Part shown: positions 27,601 to 40,194 of the stretch, one piece after another
How the letters are laid out: every line of letters begins with the position of its first letter
Position numbering within the stretch: position 1 is the first letter of the stretch
Translations under genes and position numbers: made by a program
Assembly (NCBI GenBank): GCA_040954595.2
Contig: CM082587.2
Span: 9,677,403-9,741,402 of the forward strand
From: Balanoglossus misakiensis
Lineage: Eukaryota; Animalia; Hemichordata
DNA length: 64,000 nt
Reading direction: 5' to 3'
The notes under the pieces: generated by a model
Database searches by the model: none
The model's input: only the letters and a program-made list of their open reading frames with translations
Told to the model about the DNA's origin: nothing

Positions 27601-30600
27601 AGTGAAGCCTGACTGTCGCCTGTCTTAGGTCACCACTTCATAAGCGGTCTTACCCGTCATTGGCACAAACAGTCTCAGGAAGTAAGCTTTCAGCCTAGCA
27701 ATGAAGCTATTGTATTTTCCACTTTTTGTAAGTGAAGCCTGACTGTCGCCTGTCTTAGGTCACCACTTCATAAGCGGTCTTACCCGTCATTGGCACAAAC
27801 AGTCTCAGGTAGTAAGCTTTCAGCCTACCAATGTAGCTATTGTATTTTCCACTTTTTGTAAGTGAAGCCTGACTGTCGCCTGTCTTAGGTCACCACTTCA
27901 TAAGCGGTCTTACCCGTCATTGGCACAAACAGTCTCAGGAAGTAAGCTTTCAGCCTACCAATGTAGCTATTGTATTTTCCACTTTTTGTAAGTGAAGCCT
28001 GACTGTCGCCTGTCTTAGGTCACCACTTCATAAGCGGTCTTACCCGTCATTGGCACAAACAGTCTCAGGACGTAAGCTTTCAGCCTACCAATGTAGCTAT
28101 TGTATTTTCCACTTTTTGTAAGTGAAGCCTGACTGTCGCCTGTCTTAGGTCACCACTTCATAAGCGGTCTTACCCGTCATTGGCACAAACAGTCTCAGGA
28201 AGTAAGCTTTCAGCCTACCAATGTAGCTATTGTATTTTCCACTTTTTGTAAGTGAAGCCTGACTGTCGCCTGTCTTAGGTCACCACTTCATAAGCGGTCT
28301 TACCCGTCATTGGCACAAACAGTCTCAGGACGTAAGCTTTCAGCCTACCAATGTAGCTATTGTATTTTCCACTTTTTGTAAGTGAAGCCTGACTGTCGCC
28401 TGTCTTAGGTCACCACTTCATAAGCGGTCTTACCCATCATTGGCACAAACAGTCTCAGGAAGTAAGCTTTCAGCCTACCAATGAAGCTATTGTATTTTCC
28501 ACTTTTTGTAAGTGAAGCCTGACTGTCGCCTGTCTTAGGTCACCACTTCATAAGCGGTCTTACCCGTCATTGGCACAAACAGTCTCAGGAAGTAAGCTTT
28601 CAGCCTACCAATGTAGCTATTGTATTTTCCACTTTTTGTAAGTGAAGCCTGACTGTCGCCTGTCTTAGGTCACCACTTCATAAGCGGTCTTACCCGTCAT
28701 TGGCACAAACAGTCTCAGGAAGTAAGCTTTCAGCCTACCAATGTAGCTATTGTATTTTCCACTTTTTGTAAGTGAAGCCTGACTGTCGCCTGTCTTAGGT
28801 CACCACTTCATAAGCGGTCTTACCCGTCATTGGCACAAACAGTCTCAGGAAGTAAGCTTTCAGCCTACCAATGAAGCTATTGTATTTTCCGCTTTTTGTA
28901 AGTGAAGCCTGACTGTCGCCTGTCTTAGGTCACCACTTCATAAGCGGTCTTACCCGTCATTGGCACAAACAGTCTCAGGTAGTAAGCTTTCAGCCTACCA
29001 ATGTAGCTATTGTATTTTCCACTTTTTGTAAGTGAAGCCTGACTGTCGCCTGTCTTAGGTCACCACTTCATAAGCGGTCTTACCCGTCATTGGCACAAAC
29101 AGTCTCAGGAAGTAAGCTTTCAGCCTACCAATGTAGCTATTGTATTTTCCACTTTTTGTAAGTGAAGCCTGACTGTCGCCTGTCTTAGGTCACCACTTCA
29201 TAAGCGGTCTTACCCGTCATTGGCACAAACAGTCTCAGGACGTAAGCTTTCAGCCTACCAATGTAGCTATTGTATTTTCCACTTTTTGTAAGTGAAGCCT
29301 GACTGTCGCCTGTCTTAGGTCACCACTTCATAAGCGGTCTTACCCGTCATTGGCACAAACAGTCTCAGGAAGTAAGCTTTCAGCCTACCAATGAAGCTAT
29401 TGTATTTTCCACTTTTTGTAAGTGAAGCCTGACTGTCGCCTGTCTTAGGTCACCACTTCATAAGCGGTCTTACCCGTCATTGGCACAAACAGTCTCAGGA
29501 AGTAAGCTTTCAGCCTACCAATGTAGCTATTGTATTTTCCACTTTTTGTAAGTGAAGCCTGACTGTCGCCTGTCTTAGGTCACCACTTCATAAGCGGTCT
29601 TACCCGTCATTGGCACAAACAGTCTCAGGACGTAAGCTTTCAGCCTACCAATGAAGCTATTGTATTTTCCACTTTTTGTAAGTGAAGCCTGACTGTCGCC
29701 TGTCTTAGGTCACCACTTCATAAGCGGTCTTACCCGTCATTGGCACCAACTGTCTCAGGAAGTAAGCTTTCAGCCTACCAATGAAGCTATTGTATTTTCC
29801 ACTTTTTGTAAGTGAAGCCTGACTGTCGCCTGTCTTAGGTCACCACTTCATAAGCGGTCTTACCCGTCATTGGCACAAACAGTCTCAGGTAGTAAGCTTT
29901 CAGCCTACCAATGTAGCTATTGTATTTTCCACTTTTTGTAAGTGAAGCCTGACTGTCGCCCGTCTTAGGTCACCACTTCATAAGCGGTCTTACCCGTCAT
30001 TGGCACAAACAGTCTCAGGAAGTAAGCTTTCAGCCTACCAATGTAGCTATTGTATTTTCCACTTTTTGTAAGTGAAGCCTGACTGTCGCCTGTCTTAGGT
30101 CACCACTTCATAAGCGGTCTTACCCGTCATTGGCACAAACAGTCTCAGGACGTAAGCTTTCAGCCTACCAATGTAGCTATTGTATTTTCCACTTTTTGTA
30201 AGTGAAGCCTGACTGTCGCCTGTCTTAGGTCACCACTTCATAAGCGGTCTTACCCGTCATTGGCACAAACAGTCTCAGGAAGTAAGCTTTCAGCCTACCA
30301 ATGAAGCTATTGTATTTTCCACTTTTTGTAAGTGAAGCCTGACTGTCGCCTGTCTTAGGTCACCACTTCATAAGCGGTCTTACCCGTCATTGGCACAAAC
30401 AGTCTCAGGAAGTAAGCTTTCAGCCTACCAATGTAGCTATTGTATTTTCCACTTTTTGTAAGTGAAGCCTGACTGTCGCCTGTCTTAGGTCACCACTTCA
30501 TAAGCGGTCTTACCCGTCATTGGCACAAACAGTCTCAGGAAGTAAGCTTTCAGCCTACCAATGTAGCTATTGTATTTTCCACTTTTTGTAAGTGAAGCCT

Positions 30601-32502
30601 GACTGTCGCCTGTCTTAGGTCACCACTTCATAAGCGGTCTTACCCGTCATTGGCACAAACAGTCTCAGGACGTAAGCTTTCAGCCTACCAATGTAGCTAT
30701 TGTATTTTCCACTTTTTGTAAGTGAAGCCTGACTGTCGCATGTCTTAGGTCACCACTTCATAAGCGGTCTTACCCGTCATTGGCACAAACAGTCTCAGGA
30801 AGTAAGCTTTCAGCCTACCAATGTAGCTATAGTATTTTCCACTTTTTGTAAGTGAAGCCTGACTGTCGCCTGTCTTAGGTCACCACTTCATAAGCGGTCT
30901 TACCCGTCATTGGCACAAACAGTCTCAGGAAGTAAGCTTTCAGCCTACCAATGAAGGTATTGTATTTTCCACTTTTTGTAAGTGAAGCCTGACTGTCGCC
31001 TGTCTTAGGTCACCACTTCATAAGCGGTCTTACCTGTCATTGGCACAAACAGTCTCAGGAAGTAAGCTTTCAGCCTACCAATGAAGCTATTGTATTTTCC
31101 GCTTTTTGTAAGTGAAGCCTGACTGTCGCCTGTCTTAGGTCACCACTTCATAAGCGGTCTTACCCGTCATTGGCACCAACAGTCTCAGGAAGTAAGCTTT
31201 CAGCCTACCAATGAAGCTATTGTATTTTCCACTTTTTGTAAGTGAAGCCTGACTGTCGCCTGTCTTAGGTCACCACTTCATAAGCGGTCTTACCCGTCAT
31301 TGGCACAAACAGTCTCAGGAAGTAAGCTTTCAGCCTACCAATGAAGCTATTGTATTTTCCACTTTTCGTAAGTGAAGCCTGACTGTCGCCTGTCTTAGGT
31401 CACCACTTCATAAGCGGTCTTACCCGTCATTGGCACAAACAGTCTCAGGAAGTAAGCTTTCAGCTTACCAATGTAGCTATTGTATTTTCCACTTTTTGTA
31501 AGTGAAGCCTGACTGTCGCCTGTCTTAGGTCACCACTTCATAAGCGGTCTTACCCGTCATTGGCACAAACAGTCTCAGAAAGTAAGCTTTCAGCCTACCA
31601 ATGTAGCTATTGTATTTCCACTTTTTGTAAGTGAAGCTTGACTGTCGCCTGCCTTAGGTCACCACTTCATAAGCGGTCCTACCCGTCATTGGCACAAACA
31701 GTCTCAGGAAGTAAGCTTTCAGCCTACCAATGAAGCTATTGTATTTTCCACTTTTTGTAAGTGAAGCCTGACTGTCGCCTATCTTAGGTCACCACTTCAT
31801 AAGCGGTCTTACCCGTCATTGGCACAAACAGTCTCAGGAAGTAAGCTTTCAGCCTACCAATGAAGCTATTGTATTTCCACTTTTTGTACGTGAAGCCTGA
31901 CTGTCGCCTGTCTTAGGTCACTACTTCATAAGCGGTCTTACCCGTCATTGGCACAAACAGTCTCAGGATTTAAGCTTTCAGCCTACCAATGTAGCTATTG
32001 TATTTTCCACTTTTTGTAAGTGAAGCCTGACTGTCGCCTGTCTTAGGTCACCACTTCATAAGCGGTCTTACCCGTCATTGGCACAAACAGTCTCAGGAAG
32101 TAAGCTTTCAGCCAACCAATGTAGCTATTGTATTTTCTACTTTTTGTAAGTGAAGCCTGACTGTTGCCTGTCTTAGGTCACCACTTCATAAGCGGTCTTA
32201 CCCGTCATTGGCACAAACAGTCTCAGGAAGTAAGCTTTCAGCCTACCAATGTAGCTATTGTATTTTCCACTTTTTGTAAGTGAAGCCTGACTGTCGCCTG
32301 TCTTAGGTCACCACTTCATAAGCGGTCTTACCCATCATTGGCACAATCAGTCTCAGGAAGTAAGCTTTCAGCCTACCAATGTAGCTATTGTATTTTCCAC
32401 TTTTTGTAAGTGAAGCCTGACTGTCGCCTGTCTTAGGTCACCACTTCATAAGCGGTCTTACCCGTCATTGGCACAAACAGTCTCAGGAAGTAAGCTTTCA
32501 GC
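12677..32502. repeat. 130-bp tandem satellite DNA, main block (~152 monomers)
   Basis: Same monomer and orientation as 1-4367. Highly homogeneous centre, more substitutions and indels from ~30700 to the abrupt end at 32502. Confidence 0.98.
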
Positions 32503-33290
32503 TGAACCGGACCCAAGGACACCGACCCATCATTATACCTTTCAACAACAGGTACAGCAAGAAGAGAAATTAACGTAACACAACAGCCAGAAATTATGGA
32601 TTCAATGACAACAGCAGGATTTATATCAATGAAAACCTTACACAAAGAAGAAAATCGTTCGGACGTCCCATGGCATTGCAGTGAAACTGGGACATAAAGG
32701 TCCAATCAATGAGGCTGACCACATGGTTACAGCTCCAATTACGGCAACTGTAAAATGTAGTGGAACTGCAGATGACTGACGTTGCCCAGGGCAACAGCGA
32801 ACCGGGACCCTGGAGGGCAGAGCAGCGGGACCTGATTGACAGGAGCTGTACCGGTACATAGCAGTTGTGAACATAGTATATGAAATAATTTAAAATAGTC
32901 ATTGCTCTCTGGGTCCATCATTTTCAGTAGAAGTGACCTGATTTCACATCAATAGTTTACCTCCCGTCATTTCCAGCTAATTTCATGTAGTACAAAACTC
33001 CTATACAACATAATGACATTTCTAGAACCTTTTTTTGCTGGTTGGGCCGACAGACTAACACTAGTGGTTCTAAAAAGAAACTTCCATAACAACCTGTACA
33101 CTTGACACGTCCAAGTCAAGGCAGACCTAACCCATTCAAAATATGCAAATTAGGAAAAGACGCATACATGCATTCCTTGCATCCCCAGAGACACACACAG
33201 GAAATCAAGCGAGTGCGGCCACTAGCTGGAAGAGCTGAATTCAATGCATTGCCTTGCGATGTTCATGATACAGGGGGGTTATGATCAATG
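32503..33290 (-). other. Possible degraded 5' part (UTR/ORF1) of a non-LTR retrotransposon abutting the satellite
   Basis: Minus-strand peptide VIESIISGCCVTLISLLAVPVVERYNDGSVSLG loosely resembles the N-termini of Tx1/L1 ORF1 proteins; no RT or endonuclease seen. Confidence 0.2.
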
Positions 33291-33591
33291 AACAGAACAG
33301 TGGTCCACTTTCACGAGTTGTAGTGCACTGATCGTGGCAAGTTGATCATGGCAAAACAAACGACTATGTTAGATAGCAGTGCTTCGCAAGTTTGGCTAAT
33401 TTGTATGAAAATCATCTCGGCAAACAGTGCACTACCTTTTTCTCGCATTTGCGATTTGGCGAGCGGGTAGCGAAAACACTGCTGGCTAATCCGTTCCGAT
33501 TTCTGTCACTGTTCCAATTCTTCCTCAACACCTCAAAGCTACACACCCCTACTAGAAAATGGTATGAATTCTTGACGGACGGAAGTAGTAG

Positions 33592-36500
33592 CAGTCGAGA
33601 AACTGGGTAGTGAATTTGCATATTTTATCATCGCCGGAGCCTCGCTTTCAAACACGCGGGAGCTGCAAACATGGCGTTCGCTACCCTCGCCATTGTCATG
33701 TAAACACATTTTTAGAAGTGGTTTATCTCAGTTAAAAACCCCACTTTTCTGGGGTATTATAAAGTAATTATTGGGATAACGAACAAATCCGTCATTTTTA
33801 GCGTCATTTTCTTGCAATTCACGACCAATCTCGGCACCAGTCATTACGGTGATTTATCACGCTACGACGGGCCAACTTTCAGCGAACGGGTACGGGGTCA
33901 AGGAGGTCGTGAGCCATCACGATATTTCAATCACATGATTTGGAAAGTTCAAGGGTACTTCAGTCCAAATATGGGAGTAGTGCCGCCTTGCAAACGCAAA
34001 CGACGCAGTGTTGACTGATCCAGGTCACTTACTTCCAGGTTTCGATGTTGCGCGCGATGTGTATGCGTTGAAGTTAGTCATGCGTACAGGTCTGTAGGTT
34101 CCCGGCGTTAATTAAAGCCGCCCGGCCGCGAACCACACGATGTGAGCTAAAGCCCAACCTGCACGACCCAGTCCACCAGGGCTACAATTATTGCGGCTAC
34201 GGTTATGCGAAATACTGACTCTCCTTGCAAGTCACCACGTATGTTGCATGCCCCCCCCCCCCCCGCCACGTACAGCCACACTGAGTTAGTAACATTGGCA
34301 AATACATTTGCTAGTTTTACCCAGCAATTTCATCATCACTGTCAAGGTGCTATCATCAACTTCGAGAACATTTTCTTCTGGTAAATCATATTCTTGTTCA
34401 TCCTCAATAATTTCTTCTATTTCACAATTTGTGATTTCATTATCACCATTATTTGTTTCTTCTTCAATAATTTCATCAGTTTCTGTCTGCAGTTCCCTGC
34501 CCTTGTTATTGTATTGTTCACACAGTTCAGGCAATTACAGCCTGGGCCACACATCATGCCCTTCTTTTTGCATTTACATGTATTATTCCTGCATCCTGTT
34601 TTCTTACATTTACACCCTTTTGTGTAAAACATCACACACTTTTGAACCTTCTCCATATTTTCCACAGAATCCCACAGTATATTTATTTTCCCATTTTCCA
34701 CATTGTATCCTGAGTTTTCATAAGGAGGAAGTGTAATGTGATGTCGGTGAGCTTGTGACCAATAACATGGGTTCTCCAACAACCAGTTTGTCCCCAACAT
34801 GCATTGCATTGCTGTTTTGATTATAATTATTTCATCCAGCTCAGCCTCTGGATTAAAATTATCAAATTATCTTGACGTTTACATATAATGTTTGATAACC
34901 CTGTGTTACTTCAGTGACAATTGTTTTCTTTTCATTTTTCTACTGTGCGGTACAAAGACATGTAGCACTTTTTACACAGTGTGCTAGTTTCATCCAGTTT
35001 TAATCCAGGATAGTCCCCATGTTCAGTAAAGTGCTCCATTAGTAACTCTGGATTGTGGGGATATTTTAGAGTAGAAGAGGTCAAGCATTTATGACAATGG
35101 CTAAAAATCTGGTTTTATCATCCACCCTGGTTTTGTGGCAAGAGACATTTCCACAAATGTGACACGTTTTGTCTTTTTGATGAGGTGCCTGTTCGGTACT
35201 ACCCTGGGCTTGTGCTTCAAAGTCTTTTTCTACACATATTCTGCAGCTATTGCATAGACAACCAGATGGAGATAAATTCATTTCTTTTACAACCCAATCT
35301 TTGAAATTGTCTGGCTTATTTACTGTACCCGGTATGTGGTACCATCTTGGAGTTGATGATATGCTACACTTTTTTGGGGTCCACATTTTTCTTTGTCAGG
35401 GTGAGCCTGCTGACTTAATGGAAGAACTCCTCCAAACCCACTAATATAAATGTTTAAATGCATCCCCCCTTTTGTTGGTATATTTATTTGTCCGGTTTTC
35501 CCTGAAAGAATAATTTGAAGCTATCAGTATTCAAATTTAATTCCTCAGATATTACATTTTTCAAGGAGCTGGCATATGGATCTGTGAGCCGAAAAAAATA
35601 CTCATGTGAATTTAGATGAACAATTATGTCACATCCACTTGCAATCTTTTTATCAGATTGAATTGCCTTGAATTTTGATTTGAGTCTACAGAATCTGCTT
35701 TGTATGTCACATAACAGGAGTAAGGCTTGACTGCATTGTGACAAACGTTTTTAATCATGGTTTCTGCCATAATAATGGACTTGTCTTTTATAAATTCTTG
35801 GTGACGCTTATGGCAATGATGTTTTAGAGGTCCTGACATTTTGCACACAGACTGCAGCAATTTTTTAAACTCTTGCAGTTGATTACACAGTTTTTATTTG
35901 TTTCACTACATTATTTTTTACTTTACTCTTATCCCGCATTTTTATTACAAATATTATATCGATGCTCTGTCAGTCGTAAAAATGTGGAAATATGGTACTT
36001 GTAAGCTTTGTAATTATTAAATGAAGGCTTGCTAGCACTTTTAAGCACATTTAAAATATTTGCAACTTTTGTTTTTGTTTCAGTTGAGTTTGTATACAGA
36101 ACCTTGTTTTTTTCCACTTCAGAGCAGGTTTTGTTAATTTGCAACAGTGCATTTTTACTGACAGAGTTTATGTGTGAACGATGCACCCTCTTTGTCCACA
36201 AAGACAAGGATTGACTCCACATACAATCACCATTTTTATGCGTTTTATGGTTATCTGTAGTACAAACATGTACTTAGTAGTATAACCCTGGAAGCCAACA
36301 ATGCACCAATAAATCCGAAAAAATCCACTTCTCTGGTAAAACAATAGCAAAGTGATAGCTATGTTAATGTGAGACGAAAATATACACGATTAAGTCATAC
36401 ACAAGTCCAAAGAATCATGCATGGATGCACCTCAGTGACACGATCACGATCCGATGAGAGAGTAAACAATCAGCCGCCATATTGGATTTTGCTGGCGTCG

Positions 36501-36938
36501 ACCACCCAAAACATACTCAAATTAAATGGCCCGAAACTCCACTTTGGGAAGTTTGAGCCAAAACGAAACGATATCCGTTCAAAATATAAGATATAAAACT
36601 AATACAAAAAGCACACTTGAAACAATTCTATGCTTGCAAACGGAAACGACGCAGTGTTTATTTTACCACATTCGCTAGACGTCACTTACAAATGATATCA
36701 GAGATCGAACAGAAATACGATAAATTTTCCACTTTCAACACGATCGGACGATAGGTTACGTCTATCAAACCTGAGGAACGCAGTTTGGTGGCACAAATCT
36801 CACCTTTTGGTGTAGAAAAAGACGATTTTCTGAAACTGAAAAAATACACCAACGGTTCTCCAAGTAATGGTGGCGCTGTTGAAATTCAAAGTAAAATCTC
36901 ATTAACATATGCAAATTCACTACACAGTTTCTCGACTG
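33592..36938. mobile_element. Internally deleted, decayed DNA transposon with 4-bp TSD (Chapaev-like; superfamily uncertain)
   Basis: 32-bp TIRs CAGTCGAGAAACTG(G/T)GTAGTGAATTTGCATAT (33592-33623 and 36907-36938), flanked by a GTAG duplication (33588-33591 and 36939-36942). Contains minus-strand transposase-like remnants. Confidence 0.8.
34286..36350 (-). pseudogene. Fragmented transposase-like gene: ubiquitin-like segment, Cys-rich segment, C-terminal CXC-like Cys cluster and acidic tail
   Basis: Fragments LKNVISEELNLNTDSFKLFFQGKP / HLNIYISGFGG; CLCNSCRIC..CHICG; YWSQA...LPPYENSGY...ILWDS...GCKCKKTGCRNNTCKCKKKGMMCGPGCNCLNC; many stops and frameshifts; no catalytic core visible. Confidence 0.6.
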
Positions 36939-37190
36939 GTAGCTCATACCCAACTTGACAGACTCCTTTGTTTACACTTCGGAGCCAAAAAGGTTGGTGC
37001 GGGGGGGGGGGGGGGGGGGGTGTCTACATTGATGCACGTGGGGATATGAGAAACAAAATACTTTTTTTACAAGAAAAATCTATGCCGTCTCTCTGCCTGT
37101 ATGATTCTACTACAAGCTCTTATAGAAACATGATTATGAAATAAGTTTGCAAGACTGTATGGAAGAATATCCTGAACTCAACATCAAAGT

Positions 37191-38013
37191 GAAGGGGTCG
37201 TCGCGCCACGTTTGTTTATAAACATTACAATTCATCCACAACAAATTAGATCATTCTTAGAATGAACGAAGCAGCCAACTGTAGTGTAGACTGGGCATGG
37301 CAGCAACTGAAGATCCTAGTAGGTGGTAGCGACTGCAGTGGGGTTTGCACTGGTATAGGACACAGTACATTATTTTACCCACAATTCTCCATGATTTGTA
37401 TCATCGAAGGTTGCCCATTTAATAACTTTTTCTGTTTTAGATACTAACAATGATATGAAGTACATCTTATTTATTTTTATCTAGAAAAAGTACGATTAGG
37501 AGTTAGAGTGAAAATTTCAACATCAAAATTTAAAAGCCATAGGAATCAAAGTATCCATGTACTGCAAATGTCACACTTTGGAGGAAACAAGCAATGACTA
37601 ACTGAGGTGGCCAGTGTCTGTTGAAAGTTAACATGTAAATTTCCATTGTTCTGTCAATAGAAAAAAATCAGTATCCTTTTGTTTGATTAAACAGGTGTTT
37701 CAAGTGTCCCTGTTTTACTTCAAACTTTTTTGTATGGCTGGCTATGCAATTGCTTGATTATTTTATAAAATTCGTATCTCCTCTCTCAATAATGCATATT
37801 TTTAAAAATGATTTTAAACGGTAATTGACAATAAGATTTGCCTTAAAAGTACGATCTCAAATTTTGTATTAGTGGTCTACAATGTGAACATGCCCGGTTT
37901 GTCGAGGAATCTCTGAGCGTACAAATCAGAATGAATCATGGGATATTTCTAGTACTGTGTAGGAGGGCATATTCTCATCAAAGGGGACACCCTCGCAGCG
38001 CGACGACCCCTTC
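37191..38013. mobile_element. Possible old MITE bounded by a 16-bp inverted repeat
   Basis: GAAGGGGTCGTCGCGC (37191-37206) and GCGCGACGACCCCTTC (37998-38013); no clean TSD. Confidence 0.35.
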
Positions 38014-38179
38014 CCTACTGTTGCTGAAAAATACTTGTATATGAAAGTTGAAACAGTGATAGTTGCACATGAGGTATCTGATATGGCATTAACATAAACA
38101 TAACAAAATAAAGTTTTGAATGTTCCTTGCAATCTGCAATTGCATGAAAATATTCTCTGTACTGTTAATAAAGTATAAT

Positions 38180-38751
38180 CAGGGGTACCTAAGAAATTGT
38201 AGTTCAGAGAAAGAAATCGGTCGTCTTGCTCCCCAACCCGGTCGGTCAGAACTATTTTCCCGTCATTCGGAACCCAAAATCTGTAGTTCAGAACTCAAGT
38301 CCCGTAATTCAGACCAGAAACGCGGCGTTCAGAAAGTGGTTTCACGCAATTTCCACCATTGAGGGCGCAAACAAGATGGCCGACCACAGTGGAAAGATCG
38401 GCGATGGTGAGTATTTTCTGTGATTTCTATATATTTATGACGATTTTTGTCACAAAATATATCGCGTACAGTGTAACTGACCAAGATGCTTAGCTTTGTA
38501 AAGTTTCACTGTTCAGTATTTCGAAATTACAGAGAAATCCGCGTCCCAGCTCTTTTACCGGGCAATCTGAAGTACACTGTGTACAAGTACACGCCAGTGT
38601 GTTTATACCATGCGATCCCTGGCAATACCACAGGCAGCTCTTCCTCCTTGTTTGTAGTATGTATGTATGTATGTATGTGTGTATGTATGTATCTAGTGTG
38701 TATGTATGTCTGTGTGTGTGTATGTATGTATGTGTTTGTTTACAAATATGG
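38180..38751 (+). repeat. Left long TIR (contains the putative promoter, exon 1 and a (TATG)n/(TG)n microsatellite)
   Basis: Reverse complement of 55871-56535 apart from a few substitutions, small indels and an 86-bp insertion in the right copy. Confidence 0.93.
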
Positions 38752-39786
38752 GCATGTTTGTTCGTTTATTTGCTTGTAAACAGGTTAAGGTTAGGATGTG
38801 TTAGGGTTGGGGTGCGCATGAGTACCCCATATTGCAAATGTTTACTTTTAGAACATGTATTGTCGCCTCGCTCTTCAAGCAAATTTTAAACCTTCATGTC
38901 CAACTCCATTAAAATTGAGTAATTTTCTCCATGATTTTTTTACTTAAATGTTGTACTTGTTTTTTTCTCCATAGCAATGCAAATTCTGCACAATATGGAA
39001 TGTGGTGAAGATGTCAGTGTCAGTTTAAAAAGCCCTAATTCAACAAGCTCTAGTGAGGGAAATGTTGGTACAGGATCGGATGCAGTTGCACCTGGTGAGG
39101 GGACCAAGACGGATAGAGTTGGTGTTGGTGATGAAGTTCAGGGCAAGAAAAAGAAAGTGGCAAAGCACATTAAGTGTGATACATGTGATAAAGTCTTTCA
39201 ATCAAAAACTGGATGGAGAAAACACTACAGGCAACACACTAAAGAGTACCCTTATAAGTGTTTCTGTGGAAAAGGCTTTTCTGAAAGACTGAGACTAAGA
39301 GAGCATTCTTGTAAACACACCAACAGGGGCATAAAAAGGTGTAATGTTTGTGGATTTGAGGCAAAAACTTACAAAGGGATGAAATCGCACACCGCATCCC
39401 ACAGCTCTGAAACTCATCCGTGTGGTAAATGCTCAAAAACTTTCAAGTCAAAGACGGCACTAACACAGCATATGAAAGGATGCCACGAAACCAACTACAC
39501 CTGCTCTTGTGGAAAAGTCTTTGGATTGAAAGCCAGGTACAACGCTTATCTGAAAGTCCATTCCGAGAAGAAAGAGTACCAGTGTTCAGCTTGCAGTTAC
39601 CAATCTTCCAGGAAAGCAGACTTCAAAAAACACATGTTGCATAAACATACTGATGCGACTCCTTTCATATGCAGTATGTGTGGGCATGGGTTTAAAACCA
39701 GAGATAAACTCATGAAAAATGAATCCCGCAAAAAACCCTGTGGTGAAACAGAACAATCATTCATGTGGGATGATATTGACTGTTAG
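38376..39786 (+). CDS. Transposon-borne C2H2 zinc-finger protein (7 fingers), 2 exons: 38376-38406 and 38975-39786
   Basis: Exon 1 ATGGCCGACCACAGTGGAAAGATCGGCGATG|gtgagt (phase 1) joins ttttttctccatag|CA ATG CAA in frame with ORF 38977-39786. Fingers e.g. CDTCDKVFQSKTGWRKHYRQH, linkers HTKEYPY and HSEKKEY. Fingers 5 and 7 lack a His ligand. Confidence 0.85.
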
Positions 39787-40194
39787 AAAACCAGGACATA
39801 TTTGTGCATTTTTTGGCCCCATTACAGGCATGCTTTCATGTACTTTTAGGTATCATTCACTATATGCACATCTATACGTATTGGTTTATGTGTGTATGCA
39901 TGTTCCTTCCACCAGTATTCCATGTCTACTGTCATCGGTAATAATTTACAACTTTTATTACATACTGCTGTGAATTTCACTTACAGTTACTATTTTCTTA
40001 TTTGCTACATCATTTTATTGTTTAGTACAAACAATCTCTGCAGATAACAAAACAGAACAGGCTTATCAGCATGTTTTGATAGGCTGTTTGTTCATGTTAA
40101 TCAAGATATTTCAAAGATATATTGTTTGCTTATTTTATTCAAAAACACAAATTTATATGAATTGAGATGATAAGAGCACAGAGTCTGCAGTCAA

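Noticed and set aside
1-32502. 130-bp array as a CRISPR array, 5S rDNA or other RNA-gene cluster
   Set aside because: No unique spacers, no cas genes, and no 5S, tRNA or snRNA consensus recognisable; the monomer length is not a multiple of 3 and it carries stops, so it is not a coding repeat.
38120-38889. Short ORFs in the TIRs (also 55825-56489)
   Set aside because: Mirror-image ORFs from the TIR and microsatellite; only the 31-nt ATG...GT exon has splice support.
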